Origin: Octopus bimaculoides
Lineage: Eukaryota
Reading direction: 5' to 3'
Assembly (NCBI RefSeq): GCF_001194135.2
Contig: NC_068988.1
Coordinates: 64,659,766-64,700,158, forward strand
Length of the DNA stretch: 40,393 bases
Shown one piece after another: positions 11,959 through 24,150 of this stretch. Made by a program: the position numbers and the translations under genes. The notes under the pieces are model-generated. The model worked only from the letters and a program-made list of their open reading frames with translations, ran no database searches and had not been told where the DNA came from. Every line of letters begins with the position of its first letter. Position 1 is the first letter of the stretch.

Positions 11959-12140
11959 TCATCATCATCATCATGTAATGTCCATTTTCCAAACTGCCAT
12001 GGGTTGGATGGCTTGACAGGAACTGACAAGGCCAGGGGCCACAAAAACTCCATAGTCTGTTTTGGGTTGGTTTCTACAGCTGGATGCCCTTCCTAATGTC
12101 AACCACTCCATTGAGTGTACGAGGTGACTTTCATGAGAAA
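11959..12140 (-). mobile_element. SINE family B (RTE-like tail), degenerate
   Basis: GTTTCTACAGCTGGATGCCCTTCCTAATG and TCCATTTTCC...CATGGGTTGGATGG with (ATC)n tail; complementary to 12720-12863. Confidence 0.8.
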
Positions 12141-12354
12141 CAGAAATGTCAAATATTTTCAAATCAGATTTTAATAATGAGACAGTGAAGGTCTTGAGAC
12201 ATCAGATATGGATTTAGGAATTCTGCAGTTCCAAACCAATTGTAAAAAGCTAATTAGAAAGTATGAAAAACCTAAATTAAAAAGATAAAACTTGAACATA
12301 GTCATATACTTAATGAAACCTGCATAAAAAGAAAAGCTCTTTTCATATAAAAGA

Positions 12355-12396
<42 letters not shown>

Positions 12397-12406
12397 NNNN
12401 NNNNNN

Positions 12407-12446
<40 letters not shown>

Positions 12447-12546
12447 ATAATAATAGTAATAATAATATAAATAATATATATGATATTATAAATAATATAT
12501 ATATATATGCATAATATATAATATAATTAAATAATAATATATATAA

Positions 12547-12863
12547 GTGCCAGTGGAACATTAAAAGCACCATCCGAGCATAATCGTTGCCAGTACTACT
12601 GGACTGGCTTCTGTGCAGGTGGCACGTAAAATACACCATTTGAGCATGGCCGTCACCAGTACCACCTGACTGACCCTCATGCCAGTGGCACGTAAAAGCG
12701 CCCAAATACACTCTCAGAGTGGTTGGTGTTAGGAAGGGCATCCAGCTGTAGAAACTCTGCCAGATCAGATTGGAGCCTGGTGCAGATATCTGGCTTGTCA
12801 GTCCTCAGTTAAACCGTCCAACCCATGCCAACATGGAAATCAGACGTTAAACGATGATGATGA
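12547..12863 (+). mobile_element. SINE family B
   Basis: Three internal GTGGCACGTAAAA-like repeats, GGTTGGTGTTAGGAAGGGCATCCAGCTGTAGAAAC, tail CCAACCCATGCCAACATGGAAATCAGACGTTAAAC(GAT)n. Confidence 0.85.
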
Positions 12864-13073
12864 TATATATGTATATATATATATATATATATATAGCTAA
12901 TGAAAAATTACAGAGGTGAACTCTTTTCAAGAAACAACAGTGTAGGGCTCAATTTATTGAGTAATTAGATTAAAGTATTAATTTCAAAGAGACAAGTTCT
13001 AAGGTCTATAATACTTCTCGTCAAAGCCAACACATATCTTAACACAGAGGCCATATATATGCTTATAATGGCT

Positions 13074-13074
<1 letters not shown>

Positions 13075-13140
<66 letters not shown>
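13075..13140. repeat. (CA)n microsatellite
   Basis: Read directly. Confidence 0.95.
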
Positions 13141-13143
<3 letters not shown>

Positions 13144-13331
13144 TTGTGTCTCAGTTTCTATCACTGCTGCCAGTTTAATGTTCAATTTGCCATGCTTACA
13201 CTATTGCTGAGAATTTCCCCCACGTAGTCCCCAGCCATCTCCCTAGTGAGATGCCACACCTTAAAATCATTTTTCAGATGCTGTAACGATTTTGTCAGCT
13301 GCCTGTACTAAATAGATAAATATATAAATAA

Positions 13332-13535
13332 CCTTTTCTGCTAAATGCACAAGGCCTGAAACTTTAGAGAAGAGGAGCTTGTTCATTACATCAAACCTAG
13401 TGCACAACTGGTATTTATTTAATCAACCCCAGAAAGATAAAAGGCAAAGTCAACCTCACTGGAATTTGAACACAGCTGTAAAGCTGGACGAAATGTAGCT
13501 AAGCATTTTGTTAGCCATCGTAGAGATTCTTGCTG
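13332..13535 (-). mobile_element. tRNA-type SINE, local family C
   Basis: Reverse complement contains TTCAAATTCC..TGAGGTTGACTTTGCCTTTTATCTTTCTGGGGTTGATTAAATAAATACCAG, shared with 28586-29135. Confidence 0.8.
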
Positions 13536-13791
13536 CTTTCTTGATAATAATGATTTAAGAGGAGTAATGACATCAATAGAATGAATCTGAATTGGAAACA
13601 TTAGAATTATCAAAGAATCAAAAAGTTATTTGAAACATAATTTGCATATAAAGAAAAAGAAATCTATGTATTATATTTAAATTATATTGTTCAGTATGTA
13701 CATGTGTATACGACTCTGTGTGTGTGTCTCTCTCTTTCTTTCACTCTCTTTCTCTCTCTCTTTCTGTCTCTTTCTCTCTCTCACACACACA

Positions 13792-13824
<33 letters not shown>

Positions 13825-14456
13825 CACAAAGAGAGAGAGAATGATGTAAATAAACAAATAAACACACNNNNNNNNNNNNNNNNNNNNNNNNNNNNNNNNN
13901 NNNNNNNNNNNNNNNNNNNNNNNNNNNNNNNNNNNNNNNNNNNNNNNNNNNNNNNNNNNNNNNNNNNNNNNNNNNNNNNNNNNNNNNNNNNNNNNNNNNN
14001 NNNNNNNNNNNNNNNNNNNNNNNNNNNNNNNNNNNNNNNNNNNNNNNNNNNNNNNNNNNNNNNNNNNNNNNNNNNNNNNNNNNNNNNNNNNNNNNNNNNN
14101 NNNNNNNNNNNNNNNNNNNNNNNNNNNNNNNNNNNNNNNNNNNNNNNNNNNNNNNNNNNNNNNNNNNNNNNNNNNNNNNNNNNNNNNNNNNNNNNNNNNN
14201 NNNNNNNNNNNNNNNNNNNNNNNNNNNNNNNNNNNNNNNNNNNNNNNNNNNNNNNNNNNNNNNNNNNNNNNNNNNNNNNNNNNNNNNNNNNNNNNNNNNN
14301 NNNNNNNNNNNNNNNNNNNNNNNNNNNNNNNNNNNNNNNNNNNNNNNNNNNNNNNNNNNNNNNNNNNNNNNNNNNNNNNNNNNNNNNNNNNNNNNNNNNN
14401 NNNNNNNNNNNNNNNNNNNNNNNNNNNNNNNNNNNNNTACATATATATACATACAT

Positions 14457-14505
<49 letters not shown>

Positions 14506-14720
14506 CATATACATACATATATAAAAAGTTATGGAAGCAATTTTTATTCTCAAATGCAGGACAATGCTAATATTATAACATGAACAGGATAAACTACCCT
14601 TATTTTGCAGAAAAATGTGTCAGCAGCTCGCCATGGGATACATGTGTGTGTATATATGAGCATTATATAAGAGCACTATTGTTTTCTTATATTGAGCATC
14701 TCTGGATCTCATCTGTTGAC

Positions 14721-14757
<37 letters not shown>

Positions 14758-14763
<6 letters not shown>

Positions 14764-15017
14764 GGCTTGTTGACAACTTAATGTGGCAGTCCCAGGAAAG
14801 GGAAGAATGTTATTGTTATTTAGCCCCAAGAAACACCGTTTCTAGTTGGCTATGCGACACAAGTGCTCTTTGTCTTTAAGTTTTCAAATAGGGGAGATAA
14901 ACACCTCCTATAGAGTGGAGATACTTATCCACCCAACGGTGTTTCTTGAGGCTAAATAACAGTAACATTCTTCCATTTCCTGGGACTGCAGCATTAAATC
15001 AGCAACAAGCCACCACT
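14758..15017. mobile_element. Foldback/MITE-like element with arms of about 80 bp
   Basis: 14763-14840 versus reverse complement of 14935-15012 matches 69/78; 94-bp spacer. Confidence 0.75.
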
Positions 15018-15590
15018 TTATCATGCTGTTACTGCATAACTCTCTCTGAGAGATTTAGAAATGTAATGTTTCTATATATATACATATATATACACACACA
15101 CACACACACACATATATATGCAGGTGTATCTGGAAGTGTATGCATATAATCAACAAATTAATGTATATATGTATATATAACAATACCTCATATCAAAGAT
15201 TGAAATATGTAAGTGTATTATATATATATATATATATGGCCTCGACTAAAGGTGGTGCTCCAGCATGGCCACAAGTAAAAGAGTAAAGAGTATATATATA
15301 TGTGTGTGTGTGTGTGAATGTATATATGCCTATTTACATATATGAGTGTGCATGTATATATACATACGTGCATACAAGTTATATGCATCATTATGTGTGT
15401 ATATATACTTATGAGTATGCGTGTGCAAATATGTACAAATATATATTCATGTATATGTATAAATCATATTAATGCATATACATACACATGTGTATATATT
15501 ATATTCTATCATATATCATTTTAGAATTAATAAATAAATCTTCACTGGAGAATTATATTGATTGTGTATGGTAGTGTTAGGTGTTTATTG

Positions 15591-15637
<47 letters not shown>

Positions 15638-15821
15638 CATATATATTTAATGCGTGTATGTATGTGATTCTGTGTGTGTGTGTGTGTGTGTAGCTATGTA
15701 TTCCTTTGTTCACAATTTGTGAGTTTGTGTGTCTGAGTATGTATATACTTGTAGGTATGTGTGTGTCTATGTGTACATGTATTTCTGTGTGTTTATGTGC
15801 ATAAATATGGGTGTGTGTGTG

Positions 15822-15864
<43 letters not shown>

Positions 15865-16789
15865 CATACCTCTGCTTTTGATGATGTGTATACAAGTGTG
15901 TCAGTATGTTTGTAAACACACACATATATATATATGTGTGTATGTATATATTTGTATCTACCTTACAAGTGTAGAACATGCTGCCATTTTGGGCATGTGT
16001 GTATGTATGTGTGTATAATATTAACATAATTTGATTATTTTAATATACTTGTTAATGTGTTTTGTTTTTAGTATTTCTCTTTAATATCAAAACATCTAAA
16101 AGATTTGATGATGATGATAATAATAATAATAATAATAATAATAATAGTAATAATAATAATAATCCATCATTGTTGAAATATGTGAACTTTGAATATCGTC
16201 CAAAAAATGTCAGTCACCTATTGTTTTTGTTTTTGTTGTAATTGTTTTACTTGAAATTGTTGTTGCTGTTGTTGTTGTTGCCTATTAAACAAATGAATGA
16301 ATAAATCCAATGTGAACAATTCAAAAATTAGAACAACAACAACAANNNNNNNNNNNNNNNNNNNNNNNNNNNNNNNNNNNNNNNNNNNNNNNNNNNNNNN
16401 NNNNNNNNNNNNNNNNNNNNNNNNNNNNNNNNNNNNNNNNNNNNNNNNNNNNNNNNNNNNNNNNNNNNNNNNNNNNNNNNNNNNNNNNNNNNNNNNNNNN
16501 NNNNNNNNNNNNNNNNNNNNNNNNNNNNNNNNNNNNNNNNNNNNNNNNNNNNNNNNNNNNGCTGTTGTTGTTGTTGCCTATTAAACAAATGAATGAATAA
16601 ATCCAATGTGAACAATTCAAAAATTAGAACAACAACAACAATCATCATCATCATAACAACGGCAGTAAAAAATAAAATCATCTTTTAATGATAACAGTAT
16701 CAGCAACAAAAACCAGAACAACAACAACAATACAATATATGGAAAATAACAAGGAAAATGAAAGCAAAAAGAGGAGGCGGAAAAGAGTA

Positions 16790-17140
16790 AACACCGTCAT
16801 CGTTGTTGTTGCTGTTGTCATTGTCATCATCAGCATTATAATCGTCATCATCATAATTGTCATCATCATCATGATCGTCATCAACATGATCATTATTATC
16901 ATAATCATCATCATAATCACCATTGTCATAACTGCCATCATCATCATCGCCACCATCGTAATTGCCATCATCGTAATTGTCATCATCCTAACCATCATCA
17001 TCGTAATTGCCATCATTGTTATCATCATCAATGTAATCGCCATCATCGTAATCATCCTCATAATAATCATCATCATTGTCATCATCATCATCATCATCGT
17101 CACCACAAACATCGTCATTGTCATCGTCATCGTCTTCATT
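16790..17140. repeat. Degenerate (ATC/GTC/ATT)n trinucleotide array with ATCATCGTAATTGCC sub-units
   Basis: Read directly; produces the poly-Ile/Met/Asp ORFs. Confidence 0.9.
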
Positions 17141-17849
17141 ATAACAAGGAAGGTCTCTGCTTTTATCTATTTGTTTGACCAAAGACAAATATATATATAT
17201 ATATATATATATANNNNNNNNNNNNNNNNNNNNNNNNNNNNNNNNNNNNNNNNNNNNNNNNNNNNNNNNNNNNNNNNNNNNNNNNNNNNNNNNNNNNNNN
17301 NNNNNNNNNNNNNNNNNNNNNNNNNNNNNNNNNNNNNNNNNNNNNNNNNNNNNNNNNNNNNNNNNNNNNNNNNNNNNNNNNNNNNNNNNNNNNNNNNNNN
17401 NNNNNNNNNNNNNNNNNNNNNNNNNNNNNNNNNNNNNNNNNNNNNNNNNNNNNNNNNNNNNNNNNNNNNNNNNNNNNNNNNNNNNNNNNNNNNNNNNNNN
17501 NNNNNNNNNNNNNNNNNNNNNNNNNNNNNNNNNNNNNNNNNNNNNNNNNNNNNNNNNNNNNNNNNNNNNNNNNNNNNNNNNNNNNNNNNNNNNNNNNNNN
17601 NNNNNNNNNNNNNNNNNNNNNNNNNNNNNNNNNNNNNNNNNNNNNNNNNNNNNNNNNNNNNNNNNNNNNNNNNNNNNNNNNNNNNNNNNNNNNNNNNNNN
17701 NNNNNNNNNNNNNNNNNNNNNNNNNNNNNNNNNNNNNNNNNNNNNNNNNNNNNNNNNNNNNNNNNNNNNNNNNNNNNNNNNNNNNNNNNNNNNNNNNNNN
17801 NNNNNNNNNNNNNNNNNNNNNNNNNNNNNNNNNNNNNNNNNNNNNNNNN

Positions 17850-17884
<35 letters not shown>

Positions 17885-17899
17885 TATGTGTGTGTGTGT

Positions 17900-18122
17900 G
17901 TGTGTATTTGTGTGTCTGTGTTTGTGTACCCTGCCCACCAGCGCTTGACAACCAATGTTGGTGTGTCTATGTCCCTGTTACTTAGTGGTTTGGCAAAACA
18001 GACCAGTAGAATAAGCACTAGGCTTACAAAGAATAAGTCCTGGGGTCGATTTGTTCAACTAAAGGCAGTGCTCCATCATGGCCACAGTCAAATGACTGAA
18101 ACAAGTAGAAGAATAAAAGAAT
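17900..18122 (+). mobile_element. SINE family A, 3' half
   Basis: GCTTGACAACCAATG...GGCTTACAAAGAATAAGTCCTGGGGTCGATTTG...CAGTCAAATGACTGAAACAAGT matches 37480-37660. Confidence 0.85.
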
Positions 18123-18590
18123 ATATATATACATGTATGTGTTTGTGTGTATACTTGTGTGTATGTATACAGGTGGGTTGTTTATATATTTATGATGGTG
18201 TAATTAGTTACATATCTGTAGGTGCATATAGGTGTGTGTATATACATTTGGGTATATATGTGACATGTATGTATTTGTGTGTATGTGAATGCATGTGTGT
18301 TTGTGTGTGCATGCATGTAAATGTATATGAATGGTCTATTTCCTTTTTGAAGTCTTTTTATAAAGGAACTGGTCTTTCTCTAAAATAAGAAAACAACAAC
18401 AACAAAACACAGTTCCTTCCAATATTGGAATTTAAAGAACAATGCTAAAGATTTTGAAGCTCAGAGAGGTTTAGCATATACATATGATACTCCAACATGG
18501 CCTTTTCTCTGTATGTGCATATGTACAAGTTATCTGTTTGAAATAATCTGTGACAACACCCCCGCCTCATACAGACCCAAATCATCATCT

Positions 18591-18812
18591 TTAACCCTTT
18601 AACATTCACGGTATTTTGTCAAAAGTAATGCTTATTTATTCAAATGTCTTTAATTAATCATTCATTATCTTGTAGCTTTGAGATTTTGAGGATCTGATTG
18701 TTTATATTTTAGAATGGTGTTGTAGGGTGGCCTTGTGCAGCCACATCTGGCCAGTTTGAACAAAATACAATACTCCAGTCAGATATGGCCAGTTTGAATA
18801 CTAAATGGTTGA
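18591..18812. mobile_element. piggyBac-type MITE, older copy
   Basis: TTAACCCTTTAACATTC ... GAATACTAAATGGTTGA; interior aligns with 9390-9609. Confidence 0.7.
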
Positions 18813-19082
18813 AGACTGCCTTTCCATGCTTGCTAGGTATAGATGGTATTTATCGAAGCAGGTTTTCTATGACCAGATACCTTATGGTTTTACCTTTTCA
18901 ATGACTGTACAATCTTCATATTGTGTTTCTATACAGATTCTATCTCCCCTTTTCCACTCACAAGATGTGGACCAGCTATAGAGAAAAAATAATAATATTT
19001 GTCCAAAATGTCATATACTAAGATTGAACCCAGTACCTCATTGTAACAAACTTCTTAATTATTTCACATATATATTGTAAAG

Positions 19083-19358
19083 TAGTTGAAAATTTTTTAG
19101 TATTATTTACTCACCATTACACATGTTTCATTCACTGATAGGAATCGCAAAGTTATACATGTTGGATAAACATGTAAGAAATTTCCTATTAGAAATTCTT
19201 CAAAGAATCAAATATTTGATTTTCCAACGTGTACAACTTTGTGATTCCTATTAGCAAATGAAATGTGTGTAATGGTGAATAAATAATACCGAAAACTTTT
19301 TTCTAATTTCCTGTTTTGTTATATAATTCTGCAAACAATATTTCCTAAATTTTCAACT
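19083..19358. mobile_element. Foldback/MITE-like element
   Basis: 19100-19166 versus reverse complement of 19223-19289 matches 58/67; an outer AGTTGAAAATTT/AAATTTTCAACT pair extends it. Confidence 0.7.
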
Positions 19359-19844
19359 GTAATGTGTACCTCACATCAATACAACAACAACAACAAATGC
19401 ATATCATTGATTGTAATACTGGAATAAGCAAATGTGCTTTAAGAGGACACAGCTTGGATTTTACCTTACCTGCATAATAAATATATATTAGAGTAGTATA
19501 ATTTTCATGAAGCATTGTCTGATATATATATATGTGTTTTGAATATTGTTTTTATAAATCCAGAACAATGCAGGTTATAAAGAATTGGTGACACAAGTTG
19601 ATGGTTAATACTATTAATTGGTATTTCAATATTTTAAGGTTAAGACTCCTTCTTCATGAAATCTATGGAGAAAAGCTGTTGATAGCTGATGTCTCTGAAA
19701 ATGTCAGCATCCTGGGTAAAATGCTTGACGGCATTTCAACTGTTTTGGGGTTTGCCATCACCATTGTCATCGCCATCATCATCGTCATCATCATCATCGT
19801 CGTCATCATTGTCATCATCATCGTCATCGTCGTCGTCATCATCA

Positions 19845-20125
19845 TCATTAATGTCTCTTTTCCATTCTGGCATGGATTGGACAGCTTGAAAAGAACTGGC
19901 ATAGCCAGGGGCTACATCAGGTTCCATAGTCTGTTTTGGTTTGGTTTCTACGGCCGGATGCCCTTCCTAACACCAACCATTCCACGAAGTGCTTTTTTAC
20001 ATGGCACCAGTACATACACCAAAGCTTCTTACATGACACCTTGGTTTTAGGGTCTCAATTCTGTTGTGGTGGGCAGGGTCTTCTCGAGTACAGCAATGCA
20101 CCACATATCTCCGTCCTCTGTCATA
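19845..20125 (-). mobile_element. SINE family B
   Basis: TTCCATTCTGGCATGGATTGGAC and GGTTTCTACGGCCGGATGCCCTTCCTAAC, preceded by the (ATC/GTC)n tail region. Confidence 0.8.
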
Positions 20126-20139
20126 TCTTTCATAGGGTT

Positions 20140-20305
20140 CAGTGTTTTGTGTTCTGAGTTCAAATTCTGCCAAGGAAGACTTTGCCCCTTATCTCATTGA
20201 GGTCAATGAAATCAGTACCAGTCAAGCATTGGAGTCAACATAATCAACCAACCCCTTCCTCTAAAAAAAGTTTCAGGCCTTGTGCCAATAATATAAAGAA
20301 TTATA
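20140..20305 (+). mobile_element. SINE family C, 5'-truncated
   Basis: GTTCTGAGTTCAAATTCTGCCAAGGAAGACTTTGCC...AGTACCAG...CAGGCCTTGTGCC. Confidence 0.75.
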
Positions 20306-20853
20306 ATTTTTGTCATATATTTGATTTTTTTTATTCATTTTTTTCATCCTTTTTTTTTCTTGTTATTTTATCTATTATCTATTAATCTTTCTTTCCACCT
20401 CCATCTCCCCACCATCACCACCACCACCCCATTCCTTTGTCTGCGAGATGACAATTCTTGTCGCAACAACATCAGTGGATCACTGAAATCACTTGCAAAT
20501 AAAATGAGTGTCTGAGGTGTTGTTGTTGTTTTTCGTTACAATTTTTTTATTGTTGCTCTTTGTGCTCCTATAATCATCGTTGTTGTGGCTTGTGATGCTG
20601 TTGTTACGATTGTTGTTGTTGTTGTTGTCGTTGTTATTGTTGTTGCTGCTGATGCTGCACTTTTTCTTCCTCCCTATTATCATATTTTAGTTTCAATCTC
20701 TTGTTCTTGTTTATTTCATTGATCACTGCATTTACATATTTGTTACTGATCACCTTCTTCATCATCAATATCACCACCACCACCACCACCACCATTCATC
20801 ATCTTCACCACTATTCATCATCATCATCACTGCCACCATCACCACCATCATTT

Positions 20854-20884
<31 letters not shown>

Positions 20885-21005
20885 GCATCATCAGTAATAC
20901 AACCTTTACCCTGCATTGTTGTCTTTTCTGTAGTTTCTTAACTAATACATTTTAACTACATTTCTGTGTGTGGATGTGTATGCATGTAAGCTGAGTGGTG
21001 TGGGT

Positions 21006-21100
<95 letters not shown>

Positions 21101-21394
21101 TATATATATATATGTAAATATATATATATATATACACACACATACAAGGATACATGCCTTGAGATATACATGCATACAGGCGAGCAAAGTAGCAATATAC
21201 ACACACACACACAGACACACACGTGTACACAACATGCAATAATTACCAAATGTTCATACATGTTTTGTTTATAAAAGTGCATGTGTATGCATATATATAT
21301 ATATGCTTATACATAGATACATACATATATATATATATGCTTATACATATATATGTATATATACATGTATTATATATATTCATGTATGTGTGTG

Positions 21395-21433
<39 letters not shown>

Positions 21434-21788
21434 TCACACTGGTGTGAATGGGTGAACATGGCATGTTTTTATCACTTTATAATTACTTTTTGCATTGTAA
21501 TTAATACCAGGTTCTTTACCCAAAGGCTATTGTTGTGGCTTTTCAAACACAGCTTTGTAGTAGTTGTTGTTGTTGCTGCTTTTAATCTTAATTATCAATG
21601 TTTTTGTTAGATTTCATTAATGTGTAATGAACAAAAACTTTATTTCAATTATTTATGAATTTCAATGAAATTTCAATGGAACTACTTCCACAAAGATAGT
21701 GTGTTTTTGTTGTAGCTGATGTTGTTGTTATTGTTGTTGTTGGTTGTTTATAACCCTTGGTCTGGTCTAATCAAGTAGACCTACAATT

Positions 21789-22086
21789 AAAAGCAGTCCA
21801 GCTTTGGCCTTCTCTCAGCTTTGTCCTGCGTTCAATGGACTCAGGATAACATTAGCCAAAAAAGCAGTCCAACCATGACCTTCTCCTATCTCAGATTTGT
21901 CCTGCATTCAGTGGACCCAGGATAACATTAACCAAAAAAACAGTCCAACTATGGCCTTCCCCCATTTCAGCCTTGTCCTGCTTTCAATGGACCCAGGATA
22001 ACATTAGCCAAAAAAAGCAGTCCGTCCATGGCCTTCCCCCATTTCAGTTTTGTCCTGCGTTCAGTGGACCCAGGATAACATTAGCC
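21789..22086 (+). repeat. Minisatellite, 4 copies of a unit of about 76 bp
   Basis: Unit AAAAAGCAGTCC...TTGTCCTGCNTTCARTGGACCCAGGATAACATTAGCC; copies end at 21857, 21933, 22009, 22086. Confidence 0.95.
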
Positions 22087-22304
22087 AATGTTTCCCCTTC
22101 TATGATAGAAGGGTGTCTTTTAAGGGAGATTCAGCTGCTTGTTTTGCTTTTTTTTTTTTTGCATGTCAAGGGACCATCAAAAGGTTTTCTCATTGACCCC
22201 ATTGTTCTTGTCATAGCTAGCACTAGGGGTGTTGTTGGTGATGTTGTCAATGTAGATTTCTTTGTTGTTAGTGTTGGTTGTGGTAGTGTTGTCATTAATG
22301 TAGA

Positions 22305-22347
<43 letters not shown>

Positions 22348-22351
22348 GCTA

Positions 22352-22620
22352 TGAAGGCATGTGGTCTAGTGGTTAGGGTGTTGCATTCACAATTGCAAGG
22401 TCATGGTTTCCATTCCTAGATCAGCTGTGCATTGAGTTTTTGAGCAAAAGACTTCATTTCCCATTTCTCCAGTCCACTCAGCTGTAAATAGGTGACCTTG
22501 TGATAGACTGGCATACAAGGGTGAGATGCCAACTCAGAAAAATCCCCCCCAAACGGGGGCCCCACGAGCCACATTTTGTATTCAGTGATCAAAAGGATGA
22601 ATAGTACACCCTGTACTGTT
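22352..22620 (+). mobile_element. SINE family D after an (ATT)n tract
   Basis: A-box-like TGGTCTAGTGGTTAGGGTG, then TTGAGCAAAAGACTTCATTTC and CAGTCCACTCAGCTGTAAAT. Confidence 0.7.
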
Positions 22621-23202
22621 AATCCTGACTGACTGGAGTTGATTGTTCAACCACATCGAAATAGAATAATGACTACAGTTGTTGTTGTTGGTGTTGTCAA
22701 TGGTGGTGGTGGTGGTGATGTTGCTGCTGTAGATTTCATTGTTGTCATTGTAATAGCCAGCATTGTTGTTGATGGAAGTGGCAGTGGGGTAGTGTTGTCA
22801 TCAATGTAGATTTCGTTGTTGTTGTTGTTGATGTCGTTGTTATATATCTAGTGTTCCTGTTGTTTTTGAATGTATATGAGATAAGTGATTATTCTATCGA
22901 CTTCCCACAGACACAAAACTGACAGCAGACAAACAACATTCCCGGTTATCCCTGTTACTTATTCATTTGAACGAGCAGACATTAATGGTGTTCCTAGGTG
23001 AGACCTCCCGATGTGAGAGCAGTGACACGACAACAAAAATCACAATAAATTAGTATTGCAGATGGTTGAGTTTGACAGACAGATGGCAATAGACTATCAT
23101 CGTAAGGTTTTACAGTTAAGACTTATACTACCACCAGTGCTGGAACTTGTCTGCTATTGTCTCCCTTACTTGTTGAAATAATGGTTGTTAATTTAGGTAC
23201 AT

Positions 23203-23400
23203 AAGGTGACAAGCTGGCAGAATCGTTAATGTGTTGGACAAAATGCTTAATGGTATTCCTTCTGGCTCTTTACATTTTGAGTTCAAATCCTGCTAAGGTC
23301 AACTTTGCGTTTTGTTCCTTTGGGGTCGATAAAATAAAGTATGAATCAAATATTGGGGTGATGTAATTGACTTGTCCCCTTCCCTCAAAATAACTGGTCT
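23203..23400 (+). mobile_element. SINE family C
   Basis: AGCTGGCAGAATCGTTA...GAGTTCAAATCC...GGGGTCGATAAAATAAAGTA. Confidence 0.8.
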
Positions 23401-23530
23401 TTGAACCCTGCAACAGATGGTGTCCCAGTTAAGGGAACATAGCGATCTTGGTGACCATCCTTAAAGCTTTAAAAAAATAAATAAATGTAAGTACATAAGG
23501 GAACAGTTTTTGAAGGAAAGGGGTCACATT

Positions 23531-23690
23531 AAAATCACTGATGCCAGTACTTGACTGGTACTTTATTTTATCAACCCCAAAAGGATGAAAGGTAAAAATG
23601 GACTTCACCGAGATTTGAACTCGGAACATAAAGAATCATAAATACCACAAAATATTTTTCTTAATGTTCTGATAATTCTGCCAGGTCACA
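23531..23690 (-). mobile_element. SINE family C, inverted relative to 23203-23400
   Basis: CTGGTACT...TTTTATCAACCCCAAAAGGATGAAAGG...ATTTGAACTCGGAAC...ATTCTGCCAG. Confidence 0.75.
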
Positions 23691-23695
23691 GTTTT

Positions 23696-23885
23696 TATCT
23701 TTTACTTGTTTCACCCATTGGATTACGACTATGCTGGTGTTTAGTCGAACAAATTGACCCTAGTACCATTTTTTTTTTAAACCTGGTACTTTTACCACCA
23801 TTACTTTTACCAAACCACTAAATGATGGGGACATAAACACACCAACACTGGTTGTCAAGCGGTGGGTGGGGAACAAACACATGCA
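23696..23885 (-). mobile_element. SINE family A, 3' half, degenerate
   Basis: CTTTTACTTGTTTC...TTTAGTCGAACAAATTGACCC...GGTTGTCAAGCGGTG. Confidence 0.7.
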
Positions 23886-23929
23886 CACACACAAACACCT
23901 TTATATATATATATATATATGCTTGCACC

Positions 23930-24150
23930 TGGTTTCTGGTTTAGTCATGAAACCATCAATTTTAAGAGAAGGATATTAATCAATGCCATCAACTCTATTG
24001 CTTCACCGATACTTTATTCCATTGACCCCAAAACAATGAAAGGCAAAGTTAGTCTCAGCAAGATTTGAACTTTCAACTCATAACATAAAGAGCAAGAAAA
24101 AAATACTGCAAAACCTTTTTATTTTCTGCAATGCTCTAAAAATACTTCCA
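23930..24150 (-). mobile_element. SINE family C, degenerate
   Basis: TTGACCCCAAAACAATGAAAGGCAAAGTT...GATTTGAACT. Confidence 0.6.

Noticed and set aside
16265-16641. Identical 81-bp sequence on both sides of the 16346-16560 gap
   Set aside because: Exact duplication bounded by (GTT)n and (AAC)n at contig ends is most simply an unmerged assembly overlap.
21789-22086. CRISPR-like appearance of the 76-bp repeats
   Set aside because: Whole units are homologous, there are no unique spacers and no cas genes, and the DNA is eukaryotic.
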